Below are positions 50,799-64,000 of a stretch of 64,000 nt of DNA, piece by piece. How positions within the stretch are numbered: position 1 is the stretch's first letter; each line of letters starts with the position of its first letter. The notes below the pieces were generated by a model. The model saw only the letters and a program-made list of their open reading frames with translations, was not told the DNA's origin and made no database searches. Location: assembly GCA_964016885.1 (NCBI GenBank), contig OZ024743.1, forward strand, positions 90,458,001 through 90,522,000, read 5' to 3'. This DNA comes from Eledone cirrhosa (taxonomy: Eukaryota). The translations under genes and the position numbers were made by a program.

Positions 50799-51607
50799 TA
50801 CATCTCTCTCTCTGTAAAACGTAAACAGAAATAACAAAGCAAACGACACAGTACAATGAAGAAATATATTAGTTTAACACTTGAAATAACAAGAAAATGT
50901 TTCGGACACTAGTTCTTCATCAGAATATAGAATGAGAAAATAACAAATGCGTGTGTGTGTGTGTGTATACACATACATGTATATATGGGAATTTCACCCA
51001 TTTTATTCCTTTGGTCAGTGGTTTCTAACCATTTCCATACCAAGAATCTCTTCATGCAAAATTAACTCTCCAGATTGCTATACAATAATAACAACTATTG
51101 AAAAAGAGAAATGTTTATACTAAGAGAAGAAGGGATACCCAATAGCAAGTGTGTGTTATATTGTTAAAAAACTAGTTTAAATTTTGACTATAACTCATTG
51201 TTATTTGTTACTTGACATCAGCTATTAATATAGAACCATTTACTTAATGCCAACTAACTATTTAGTATCTCCTTACTCATCAGTATTTTACATCTGCTTC
51301 CATTGCTTTTGTGCGTTGGAATTGTTGTCATAGTCTGAGGTATGACGATGGGTTCGATATCCACCTCTTGCTCATACATTCCATATTACGGCTGGATCCC
51401 CTTCTCATTGCTGAAACTTTACAGAATGTATTGGGTTCATTTCATTATAGTACTAGCATTAGAGAGGTTGTCATGTACCTAACAAAACTGAAGAGTTCTC
51501 AAACATTTCTCTTATGATGTTATATATGTTTGAAAGTTCTTAATGTCATCAAATACCTTGATTTTTGTCTATGGTTACAACCGACCCATTAGGCACAAGG
51601 TATTTAA

Positions 51608-52054
51608 CCCTTTTGATATCAAATTTCTAACACTGCCTATGATTTCCAATCAATTTTTTCTTTTTAATAATCAAAAATTTAGAAAGATTTAGTAATTAAC
51701 TTTTTCGTTATTAAGCTGGTGTTTGGAACATAACTTAACAAAGGTTCTTACATAAAATCAGGATGGGAGGTCTTTAACCCTTTAGCATTTACATTACTCT
51801 ATATATACTATTGTATTTTTGTGGTAAAGGCTTTATCTTACATAATATCTCACATAATATCGAATCTACGAGATTTTGATGTTATTTATTTTGAGAACAA
51901 TACTGTAACATCAGTATAAGTGGTCGGTTTGAACAGAAATAGGTGAGAGAATTCTGGATGGATATGGCCGGTCTAAATACTAAAGGGTTAAATGAATACA
52001 AACAGTTTTGTGTCAGAACCAAGGAAGGTTTCAAGCAGTTTGGTATCAAAAGGG
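51608..52054. mobile_element. piggyBac-type MITE containing a nested piggyBac-type MITE (51778-51987)
   Basis: Outer TTAA|CCCTTTTGATATCAAA ... TTTGGTATCAAAAGGG|TTAA. Inner TTAA|CCCTTTAGCA ... TACTAAAGGG|TTAA. Confidence 0.8.
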
Positions 52055-54386
52055 TTAACTCTTAATACCAAACCACCTGGAACAGTAATCTATTGTTCTG
52101 GTGCTGTAGATAATTAGATCAAATTTTACTATTTACTCTATAGCTTAACCCGTTTGTTAACATATTTCTAATTAAAGGCACTGCCTATGATTTTCAATTA
52201 ATTTCGAAGAATAATCAAGAATTTGTAAAGATTTGATAACTAATTTTCTTATTAAGTTGTTTATTAACAAAGTTCTTAGAATTATGATGGAAAGTTTTAT
52301 TTTAACACAAATTTTTGTACTAAAGAACCAGAGGGCAGTTTAGTATCAAGAGGGTTAACTTTTCCCAGTTGAAATGTTCCATTTCTTGATATACTTATAG
52401 CTGGAGTACCAGTAATATACTAGTCAGTTTAACTGATTCTGACAATTCTTAGTAAAAGGTTAGTGTATTTGAGTAGCATTTTTATCAAATGTAAATTCAA
52501 GAAGTATGATGCATATTTTTGGTTAAATATACTAGAACTATGTGTTTGTCTTATTATTATTGTAAATTAGCAGAGTTGTTAAAAATGCCAGGAAAATGCA
52601 TTTTGGCATTTACGTTTTCAGTTGAAAGCCTACCGAGGTTAACTTTGCCTTTCATCCTTATGGGGTCAATGAAAAGTACCAGTAATGCACTGGAGTCAAT
52701 TTAATCGACTTTCCCTTCAAATTGCTGGCCTTGTGTCAAAAGTAGAAAGTTTTTAAGGGCAGTGAATTGTCAGTATCAGTAGGGCATCAGACAACATGCT
52801 TTGTAGCATATAGTTACGACACTTTACATTCTGAGTTCAAATACCGCCAAAGTTAGCTTTGTTTTTAATTGACTTTCCCCTCCCTCAAAGCTGTTGGCCG
52901 TGTACCTGAATCAAAAACCATTAAGCTAGATTGGTAGTTAAAAATGCCAGACAAAATGTCTGGCATTTATGTTTTGTGTTCAAATTCCACTGAGATCAAC
53001 TTTGCCTTTCATCTTTCTAGGGTCCATAAAATATAGTATCAGTTAAGTACTGGGATTGATATAATCAACTTTCCCCTTCCCCCAAATTGCTGGTAATGTT
53101 AGTATTATTACTTAGCTGTTACTACTACATTTGGTAAGATAGTTGTTGCAAGGTTTATACTTAATTCTGCTTTCATTCTAACATCAGATTATTTGGTCTA
53201 TTGTCTTCCTAGTTCATCATCTGAGTGTTTTGTTTACTTAGAATATTAACTACATCATTATAGACCTTATTTATGTCAACATTTCAAACTTATTAATCAC
53301 CCTCCTTTCCTTATCTCAAATATTTGATGTTTCCACATAGATGCTATCTAATATATATAATTCACACCATCATCATTATCATCATTTGTCTGTTTTCCAT
53401 GCTGGCATGGGTTGTTACAATCTGAGACAAGATATGATTAGATAATTACATCCTACTTATACAATCCATATTTGGCCTGATTTCTCTGTCCTGTCTAATG
53501 CCAACTGCTTTACAGAGTGTACTGGGGGCATATTATTGGTATCAGCACTAAAAATGTTGTCACATTGCTCAGCCAGATTGAAGAGGCCTCTCTATCCTGT
53601 ATCATCTCCATTCTTCAATGTTACCATTTTCAGCTTCTGGAATATTTTTTGGTGCATCATAATCCTTTTGATACCAACCCGACCAAAACTGCCCGTTTCT
53701 ATGAATCAACAACCTATTTAAAAGGGTTTCTACTTAAATTAAAACCTTCCAAAGTAATTTTACAAATATCATCTTAATTGAATTATAATTTTAAGAAATA
53801 GTTCCCAAATTCTTCGTTGTTTATTAAAATACAAAGTTTTTCATTAGAAATATGGTAATGAAAGGACCAAGAACATTATTTAAGCAAAAATGTTTAGTCA
53901 TATTTGAACTACTAACATTGTTTTCTCCTGACTTTTATATATATGTACAATCATATATAATTGATACTTGAGACATATTTTTGGATTTTTAATCCTTGAA
54001 CTGCCCCTGGCAGCTATGATACTGTTAATGTCCTTTACCACATGAAAAAAGTACAAAACTGCACTATAAGTGCATCACATTAAAAACTAAAGTCGTTATT
54101 CAAATAGCTGCAAATTTTCACTATGATCTGTCCACTAAGGAAGATGCTATAAACATTTGAATTAACAAACCTGTTTTTAAATATTTTCTGCTAAATCATT
54201 GCAGGATGTTAACAGTTAAAATGTTTATGTGAAAACCTATCATAATTTTAAGAAGCTTTGTTAATCTTTTCATTACCATATTTCCAGTGAAGGACATTCA
54301 CTATGATTTTCAAATCATTTTGAAAATAATCAAGAATTTGGAGGGATTTAGTAATATTACTAACTCTTATTATTAAGCTTATGAGC

Positions 54387-54567
54387 GGTGGATTGGCAGT
54401 ATCGGTAGAGGGTCGGATGCCATGCTTTCCAGCATAGTTACGTCCCTTTACGATCTGAGTTCAAATCCCGCCGAGGTTGACTTTGCCTTTCATCCTTACG
54501 AGGTCGATAAAATAAAGTACCAGTAATGCACTGGGTAATTGCTGGCCTTGTGCCTAACGTAGAAACA
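54387..54567 (+). mobile_element. SINE family 1 with 18-bp TSD
   Basis: A box TGGCAGTATCGG and B box GAGTTCAAATCC. ATTATTAAGCTTATGAGC is duplicated at 54369-54386 and 54568-54585. Confidence 0.9.
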
Positions 54568-54728
54568 ATTATTAAGCTTATGAGCATAACTTAAGAAAGC
54601 TTGTATATTTACTAAATCCCTCAAATTTTTGATTATTTGGAAAATCATAGGCAGTGAATTTCATTAAAGATGAGATAACAAAAGGGTTGAATTTACAGTT
54701 GTGTTGTATGAAATTGTATGGATATAGT

Positions 54729-55163
54729 GAAGGCGCATGGCTTAGTGGTTAGAACATTGGGCTTGCAATCAAAAGGTTGTGAGTTCAATTCTCGGACTGA
54801 GTGATATGTTGTTTCCTTGAGCAAGACACTTTATTTCACATTGCTCCAGTTCACTCAGCTGTAGAAATGATATGATAGAACTGGGGTCCCTATCATTCCA
54901 CTGCAAAGTGGTTGTGGAGGTACCACGGCAAAAAAGCACCCAGCCTACACTGTAAAAGTGGATGTATAGGCGCCACGGGAAAAAAAGCACGCAGCACTCA
55001 GAGTAAATGAGGTTGGTGTTAGGATGGGCATCTAGCTGTAAAAATCAAGCCAGAATCAGTTCCTGTATGAGCAAGACAAGGTCAGCCGACTGGACACTGC
55101 CCACAACAGGACAACCTGTCTAACCCATGCTAGCGTGGAAGAACGGACATAAAACGGGATGAT
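54729..55163 (+). mobile_element. SINE family 2, full length, with the alternative RTE tail
   Basis: GAAGGCGCATGGCTTAGTGG head, same body as 45810-46150, ending AACCCATGCTAGCGTGGAAGAACGGAC. Confidence 0.85.
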
Positions 55164-56091
55164 AGTAAGTGTCTTTTCATACAAAGAACATTATTTTTTG
55201 GATGGTGTGTTAAAACATTGAATCTGACTAAGATGTCCATTCTCCATCAACATCCTTCGCCACATGAAACTACATTAGCAAGACATTCTAGAAAAATACA
55301 AGGAATTAAACCTGCAACCTTACATTCATGAGCCGCCTTAACCACTAGGCCATGTGCCTTCTCCTGATGATCTAGAATATTTTTTCCACTATCTTGTTTT
55401 ACATAGCTGAAATATAAGTAATGTCATTTTATACCTATTTGTTGAGAATCAATGTAAAATTTTAAGTTATAATCTAAACTACATTATATATATTTCATAC
55501 ATGACATATCTCATATTTCATATTCTTTCACTGGTTTCAATCATTAGAAAGTGGCCATGCTGGGGTCACCAACATTTTTATTTTATTTTATTTCTTATTT
55601 TTGATGAAAAGCTAAAACAGAGACAGAGATATATATATGTGAAGTTTCCGTCAACCAAATCCCACTCACAAATATTGCTTTACCTGGAACTATAGTAGAA
55701 ATCAGCTGCCTTTGGTGACACACAGGGGGCAGTAAATGTGGAGCCACTTAGTTGTATAGCAAACCCATTAACTACACACCCATGCCTACATCATTACATA
55801 CATATTTCATGCATTAAATCATCATCATCACCATTGTACTTCCATTCTTCCATGTTAGCATGGGTTAGATGAGTTGTCCTGTTGTTAGACCAGATCAGAT
55901 GACTATGTCTTGCTCATACAGAACTGATTTTGGCTTGGTTTCTACAGCTGGATGCCCTTCCTAACACCAACTTTACAGTGAGTACTGGGTGCTTTTTACC
56001 GTAGCGCCTGCATGACTACTTTACAGTGTGGACTGAGTGCTTTTTATTGTGACACCTACACGACCACTTTATAGTAGGAAGAGGTTGGGAG

Positions 56092-59000
56092 CATATCTTG
56101 CACTTCATCCATTACATATCTTACACTTATATACATTACATATCTTACACTTCATCCATTACATATCTTACACTTCATCCATTACATATCTTACACTTCA
56201 TCCATTACATATCTTACACTTCATCCATTACATATCTTGCACTTCATCCATTACACATACATTACATATCTTACACTTCATACATTACATATCTTACACT
56301 TCATCCATTACATATCTTATACTTCATCCATTACATATCTTACACTTCATCCATTACATATCTTGCACTTCATACATTACATATCTTATACTTCAAACAT
56401 TACATATCTTACACTTCATCCATTACATATCTTACACTTCATCCATTACATATCTTACACTTCATACATTACATATCTTGCACTTCATCCATTACACATA
56501 CATTACATATCTTACACTTCATCCATTACATATCTTACACTTCATCCATTACATATCTTACACTTCATACATTACATATCTTACACTTCATCCATTACAT
56601 ATCTTACACTTCATCCATTACATATCTTACACTTCATCCATTACATATCTTACACTTCATCCATTACATATCTTACACTTCATACATTACATATCTTACA
56701 CTTCATCCATTACATATCTTACACTTCATCCATTACATATCTTACACTTCATCCATTACATATCTTACACTTCATCCATTACATATCTTACACTTCATAC
56801 ATTACATATCTTGCACTTCATCCATTATACATACATTACATATCTTACACTTCATCCATTACATATCTTACACTTCATACATTACATATCTTGCACTTCA
56901 TCCATTACACATACATTACATATCTTACACTTCATCCATTACATATCTTACACTTCATACATTACATATCTTGCACTTCATCCATTACACATACATTACA
57001 TATCTTACACTTCATCCATTACATATCTTGCACTTCATCCATTACATATCTTGCACTTCATCCATTACACATACATTACATATCTTACACTTCATCCATT
57101 ACATATCTTGCACTTCATCCATTACATATCTTACATTTCATCCATTACATATCTTACACTTCATCCATTACATATCTTACACTTCATCCATTACATATCT
57201 TACACTTCATCCATTACATATCTTACACTTCATCCATTACATATCTTACACTTCATCCATTACATATCTTGCACTTCATCCATTACACATACATTACATA
57301 TCTTACACTTCATCCATTACATATCTTGCACTTCATCCATTACATATCTTACACTTCATCCATTACATATCTTACACTTCATCCATTACATATCTTGCAC
57401 TTCATCCATTACATATCTTACACTTCATCCATTACATATCTTACACTTCATACATTACATATCTTACACTTCATCCATTACATATCTTACACTTCATCCA
57501 TTACATATCTTACACTTCATCCATTACATATCTTACACTTCATCCATTACATATCTTACACTTCATCCATTACATATCTTACACTTCATACATTACATAT
57601 CTTGCACTTCATCCATTATACATACATTACATATCTTACACTTCATCCATTACATATCTTACACTTCATACATTACATATCTTACACTTCATCCATTACA
57701 TATCTTGCACTTCATCCATTACATATCTTACACTTCATCCATTACATATCTTACACTTCATCCATTACATATCTTATACTTCATCCATTACATATCTTAC
57801 ACTTCATCCATTACATATCTTACACTTCATACATTACATATCTTACACTTCATCCATTACATATCTTGCACTTCATACATTACATATTTTACACTTCATC
57901 CATTACATATCTTACACTTCATACATCATACATTACATATCTTACACTTCATCCATTACATATCTTATACTTCATACATTATATATCTTACACTTCATCC
58001 ATTACATATTTTATACTTCATACATTACATATCTTACACTTCATACATTACATATCTTACACTTCATCCATTACATATCTTACACTTCATCCATTACATA
58101 TCTTACACTTCATACATTACATATCTTGCACTTCATCCATTACACATACATTACATATCTTGCACTTCATCCATTACATATATTACACTTCATACATTAC
58201 ATATATTACACTTCATCCATTACATATCTTACACTTCATACATTACATATCTTACACTTCATACATTGCATATCTTACACTTCATCCATTACATATATTA
58301 CACTTCATCCATTACATATCTTACACTTCATCCATTACATATCTTATACTTCATACATTACATATCTTACACTTCATCCATTACATATCATACACTTCAT
58401 CCATTACATATCTTACACTTCATCCATTACATATCTTGCACTTCATCCATTACACATACATTACATATCTTACACTTCATACATTACATATCTTACACTT
58501 CATCCATTACATATCTTATACTTCATCCATTACATATCTTACACTTCATCCATTACATATCTTGCACTTCATACATTACATATCTTATACTTCAAACATT
58601 ACATATCTTACACTTCATCCATTACATATCTTACACTTCATCCATTACATATCTTACACTTCATACATTACATATCTTGCACTTCATCCATTACACATAC
58701 ATTACATATCTTACACTTCATCCATTACATATCTTACACTTCATACATTACATATCTTACACTTCATCCATTACATATCTTACACTTCATCCATTACATA
58801 TCTTACACTTCATCCATTACATATCTTACACTTCATCCATTACATATCTTACACTTCATCCATTACATATCTTACACTTCATACATTACATATCTTGCAC
58901 TTCATCCATTATACATACATTACATATCTTACACTTCATCCATTACATATCTTACACTTCATACATTACATATCTTGCACTTCATCCATTACACATACAT

Positions 59001-61495
59001 TACATATCTTACACTTCATCCATTACATATCTTACACTTCATACATTACATATCTTGCACTTCATCCATTACACATACATTACATATCTTACACTTCATC
59101 CATTACATATCTTGCACTTCATCCATTACATATCTTGCACTTCATCCATTACACATACATTACATATCTTACACTTCATCCATTACATATCTTGCACTTC
59201 ATCCATTACATATCTTACATTTCATCCATTACATATCTTACACTTCATCCATTACATATCTTACACTTCATCCATTACATATCTTACACTTCATCCATTA
59301 CATATCTTACACTTCATCCATTACATATCTTACACTTCATCCATTACACATACATTACATATCTTACACTTCATCCATTACATATCTTGCACTTCATCCA
59401 TTACATATCTTACACTTCATCCATTACATATCTTACACTTCATCCATTACATATCTTGCACTTCATCCATTACATATCTTACACTTCATCCATTACATAT
59501 CTTACACTTCATACATTACATATCTTACACTTCATCCATTACATATCTTACACTTCATCCATTACATATCTTACACTTCATCCATTACATATCTTACACT
59601 TCATCCATTACATATCTTACACTTCATCCATTACATATCTTACACTTCATACATTACATATCTTGCACTTCATCCATTATACATACATTACATATCTTAC
59701 ACTTCATCCATTACATATCTTACACTTCATACATTACATATCTTGCACTTCATCCATTACATATCTTACACTTCATCCATTACATATCTTGCACTTCATC
59801 CATTACATATCTTACACTTCATACATTACATATCTTACACTTCATCCATTACATATCTTACACTTCATACATTACATATCTTACACTTCATCCATTACAT
59901 ATCTTACACTTCATCCATTACATATCTTGCACTTCATCCATTACATATCTTACACTTCATCCATTACATATCTTACACTTCATCCATTACATATCTTATA
60001 CTTCATCCATTACATATCTTACACTTCATCCATTACATATCTTACACTTCATACATTACATATCTTACACTTCATCCATTACATATCTTGCACTTCATAC
60101 ATTACATATTTTACACTTCATCCATTACATATCTTGCACTTCATCCATTATACATACATTACATATCTTACACTTCATCCATTACATATCTTACACTTCA
60201 TACATTACATATCTTGCACTTCATCCATTACATATCTTACACTTCATCCATTACATATCTTATACTTCATACATTATATATCTTACACTTCATCCATTAC
60301 ATATTTTATACTTCATACATTACATATCTTACACTTCATACATTACATATCTTACACTTCATCCATTACATATCTTACACTTCATCCATTACATATCTTA
60401 CACTTCATACATTACATATCTTATACTTCATACATTACATATCTTACACTTCATCCATTACATATCATACACTTCATCCATTACATATCTTACACTCCAT
60501 CCATTACATATCTTATACTTCATACATTACATATCTTACACTTCATCCATTACATATCTTACACTTCATCCATTACATATCTTACACTTCATCCATTACA
60601 TATCTTACACTTCATCCATTACATATCTTACACTTCATCCATTACATATCTTGTACTTCATACATTACATATCTTACACTTCATCCATTACATATCTTAC
60701 ACTTCATCCATTACATATCTTACACTTCATCCATTACATATCTTACACTTCATACATTACATATCTTATACTTCATACATTACATATCTTACACTTCTTC
60801 CATTACATATCTTACACTTCATACATTACATATCTTATACTTCATACATTACATATCTTGCACTTCATCCATTACATATCTTACACTTCATCCATTACAT
60901 ATCTTACACTTCATCCATTACATATCTTACACTTCATCCATTACATATCTTATACCTCATACATTACATATCTTACACTTCATCCATTACATATCTTACA
61001 CTTCATCCATTACATATCTTACACTTCATCCATTACATATCTTACACTTCATCCATTACATATCTTACACTTCATACATTACATATCTTGCACTTCATCC
61101 ATTACACATACATTACATATCTTACACTTCATCCATTACATATCTTACACTTCATCCATTACATATCTTACACTTCATACATTACATATCTTACACTTCA
61201 TCCATTACATATTTCATACATTACATATCTTACATATTTTACATATTTCATACAATATATATCTTATATATTTCATACATTGCATATCTTGCGTATTTCA
61301 TACATTACATATCTTGCGTATTTCATACATTACATATCTTGCGTATTTCATACATTACATATCTTGCATATTTCATACATTACATATCTTGAGTATTTCA
61401 TACATTACATATCTTATGTATTTCATACATTACATATCTTGCGTATTTCATACATTACATATCTTATGTATTTCATACATTACATACATATCTTA
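56092..61495. repeat. 5.4-kb satellite of a 23-bp unit (CATATCTTACACTTCATCCATTA), with 11-bp half-units and a 25-bp variant at the right end
   Basis: Directly visible. The unit contains no TAA/TAG/TGA, so all three + frames read the same 23-aa repeat. Confidence 0.98.
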
Positions 61496-61967
61496 TCATT
61501 TGTTTCTGAAATGTCATACAGGCCACATAGTCAAATGTCTAGAGTGGCAATAGCTTCACCAGTAACAGGAACATGTTTTGTTGTTTTTTGTCTTACACTC
61601 ATTACACCTCGTTTATATTTTATTTAATATTAATTATTTAAAACATTTTTTTTTAATTTGCAACTCTAATGTGATAAATATCTGAGTACTAATGAAGGTT
61701 TGTAACCTGTTTCTATGTATGCCACACATATATATGTATAGTTGACCATTTATAAATACCTATGTATAATTTTAAGCCAGATATATAGAATGTTTAACAT
61801 TATCTTTTACTAAGGCAAAATATTTATTTTTTAAAAAACATCTCTGCATTTTGTAAGAGGCAATTAAAGGGTTGGCATCAGGATGGACATGCAGCTGTAA
61901 AATATTGTTTCAAAACGTCCTGTTCAACCCATACCATGGAAAACGGACATAAAAACGATGATATATA

Positions 61968-62395
61968 TGAGGGGTGTCAGAAAAAAATCGGGACTAAATT
62001 CGCAAAAAAAATTATCAAAATAATCCCCCTAGAGTCTATTGCACTTCCCCATCCCTCTCTGCCACGTCTCCATGTACTCATGGGGGGAATCTCGGCAGCT
62101 CCATCATGGCCCTCTTGAAAGCTCTGGTGCTCATACTCAAAGATCCATGACGCACTGGTGATGACTCTCCTTCAAACAGTCGCTCAATGTTGGCTTCAGT
62201 CCTGCTTGTTGAAGGCCTTCCTCTCCTGAGGATGTCTTCCACATACTCGCATCTCTCTTTGAACTTGTTGTGCCACTCGAAAATCCGTGAGTGTGACATT
62301 GTCTCATCTCTGAGTGGTTCTGAGTTTTCCCCAGCTGGACTAGAAACTTCAAGTTGGTTTGTTGCTCTATGCCCATCGCTCGATGACCTAGTCCT
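61968..62395 (-). mobile_element. Internally deleted mariner element
   Basis: TA|TGAGGGGTGTCAGAAAAAAATCGGGACT terminus. IEQQTNLKFLVQLGKT and MSHSRIFEWHNKFKERCEYVED..GRPSTSRTEANIE, the mariner N-terminal HTH. Confidence 0.8.
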
Positions 62396-64000
62396 TTATC
62401 AGAAGATAGAGTTAGAAATAGAAGATAAATAGAAAGTAAAGAGGAAGGACTGGGGGAGAAAAAAATGTGCATATTATAAAGAGAGTGAGTGACTTTGCAT
62501 GTGTCAGATGCACAAGGATAGTTGATACTGGTGATATAAACCTTTTTCAATCTCTTTAAGGTACCATAGAAATAGTTGATAATTTCTGTTTCTTAGGTCA
62601 CCTAATTAGCAATAGATGTTGATTGCTTTGAAAGCATAGTAACTAGAATAAAAAGTTGGAGAATGTTCAGTGAGCTATTCTGTTTAAAACGAATTTTTCT
62701 CTGAGTGATGAATAGCTAGTAATTTATCTGACACCAGCACTAGAGATGGATAAGTAACAGGTGTGGGGAGTTGTTAGTGATGATGGAATATGAATGTTAC
62801 CTGAGTTTTGGGTGATGTAGGGAGAGAAAAGGTGAAAAGGCATGTTTTGGGGTGAATGAGGTGTGGTGGAGGTTTGACAAGGTGATGGGAGAGAGAAAGG
62901 TTTGTGAAGATGGGTAGAGTTAAAATAATTCTTGTGGGTATTAATGTTTCATTGCTGGTCTATTTTGATACAACAGTGCTATTATCACTTAATGTTTTAT
63001 TGGTTGCAGAAAATTATGTTATATATAATATAGAAAAGCAGACATTAAATGATGATGAATATAATATATTAGGTGTGGGCATAACTGTGATCAAGAAGTT
63101 TGCTTTGCAACCACATGGTTGTAGATTCACTCTCACTGCACAGCTCTTTAGACTATCTTCTATAGTCATATCTTGATCAATGTTTGGTGAATGATATTTG
63201 GTACAATCTCTTACGTCTCCCTGACCGTCCTCCGGGGCAATGCATTCTCCATCATGTTGGCCGAGACCCAATAGTGGAGGGGAAGTTAGTTGGTGATGGA
63301 GAATACTCGTTTGGATGTCACTTCAACAACTAATGTATATTTACATATGAAGTATTCCACCTAAGTTAACACAGGGATAATAGGCGTTAAATGAGGATGA
63401 TGGTGATTTTAAATGTGTGTGTATGCATGTGTTGATAAAATAAGTACTTAAACGAGTACTGAACTCATGGTTGTCTGCATACGTTGTTCAAGGTGGTGTC
63501 AGCATGGCCACAATTTATGACTGAAGCCATTAAAAGAATAGATTCTAGGTAGCCATTAGAGATATTTTCAATTCAACTTTTATTTTTGTGTTTTATTTTA
63601 ATCAATTTATATATTTTATGGTTTATTTTGAGTGTATTTAAAAAAGAATTAATTATTGTTGAGAAGTGTTTCACTTATTTACTGGTTCTGTTCTATCAAT
63701 TTGTAGAATTAATAAGCAAGTGCATCCGGTGTGATAGCCGTCAGCCAATATTAGACATTTCCTATATATGTATTAAGTGATAAAAACTTTAGCTTTCACT
63801 ATTGCTGTCTTAGTTATATTTCCAGAGAAATAGTTGTTACAGTTCACACCTACGTAGATTTAGCTTTAGCTGGCCTCCTGTGAAGTTTGCATCTCAGAAG
63901 GATTCTCAGGTGGTTTAATAATAGAAGACCTCTGTCTTGTCATGAAATGCAATGTGTGAGGATCTAATTCATGACTTTTATAAAAGTTTATAACCCCTTT

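Noticed and set aside
54729-54800. tRNA gene
   Set aside because: A/B boxes are present but there is no full cloverleaf. It continues into a multi-copy SINE body and tail.
56037-61627. Three overlapping ORFs of 1764-1838 aa (His/Ile/Tyr/Leu repeats)
   Set aside because: Artefact of a stop-free 23-bp satellite: all three frames give the same repeat peptide, and unit indels shift frame freely.

Overview
AT-rich animal genomic DNA. The SINE families, (TA)n/(CAT)n microsatellites and RTE LINEs resemble octopod cephalopod DNA (inference from recalled family motifs). One host gene is supported: five GT-AG exons (7450-25704, + strand) that splice in frame into a divergent TAF7-like protein (TFIID subunit). 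Its 5' exon(s) were not found in the window, and its C-terminal coiled coil looks shortened. Most of the rest is mobile DNA: two full-length and many partial RTE/RTE-X LINEs, a Naiad-type Penelope-like element (RT + GIY-YIG), CRE and Gypsy fragments, Tc1/mariner, hAT and piggyBac-type MITEs, two tRNA-derived SINE families, several minisatellites and a 5.4-kb 23-bp satellite that produces the spurious >1700-aa ORFs. A ~6-kb repeat-poor block (39-45 kb) with a YY1 motif looks like a promoter/first-exon region. Two unexplained signals stand out. (i) Several short elements, mostly within or next to (TA)n tracts, carry minimal type I hammerhead-ribozyme motifs with palindromic stem III. (ii) A 277-bp hammerhead-containing palindrome in a TAF7 intron has 12 transition differences between its arms, all G.U-compatible on the + strand and none A.C. 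This suggests either a genomic fossil of ADAR A-to-I editing or a selected hairpin RNA.
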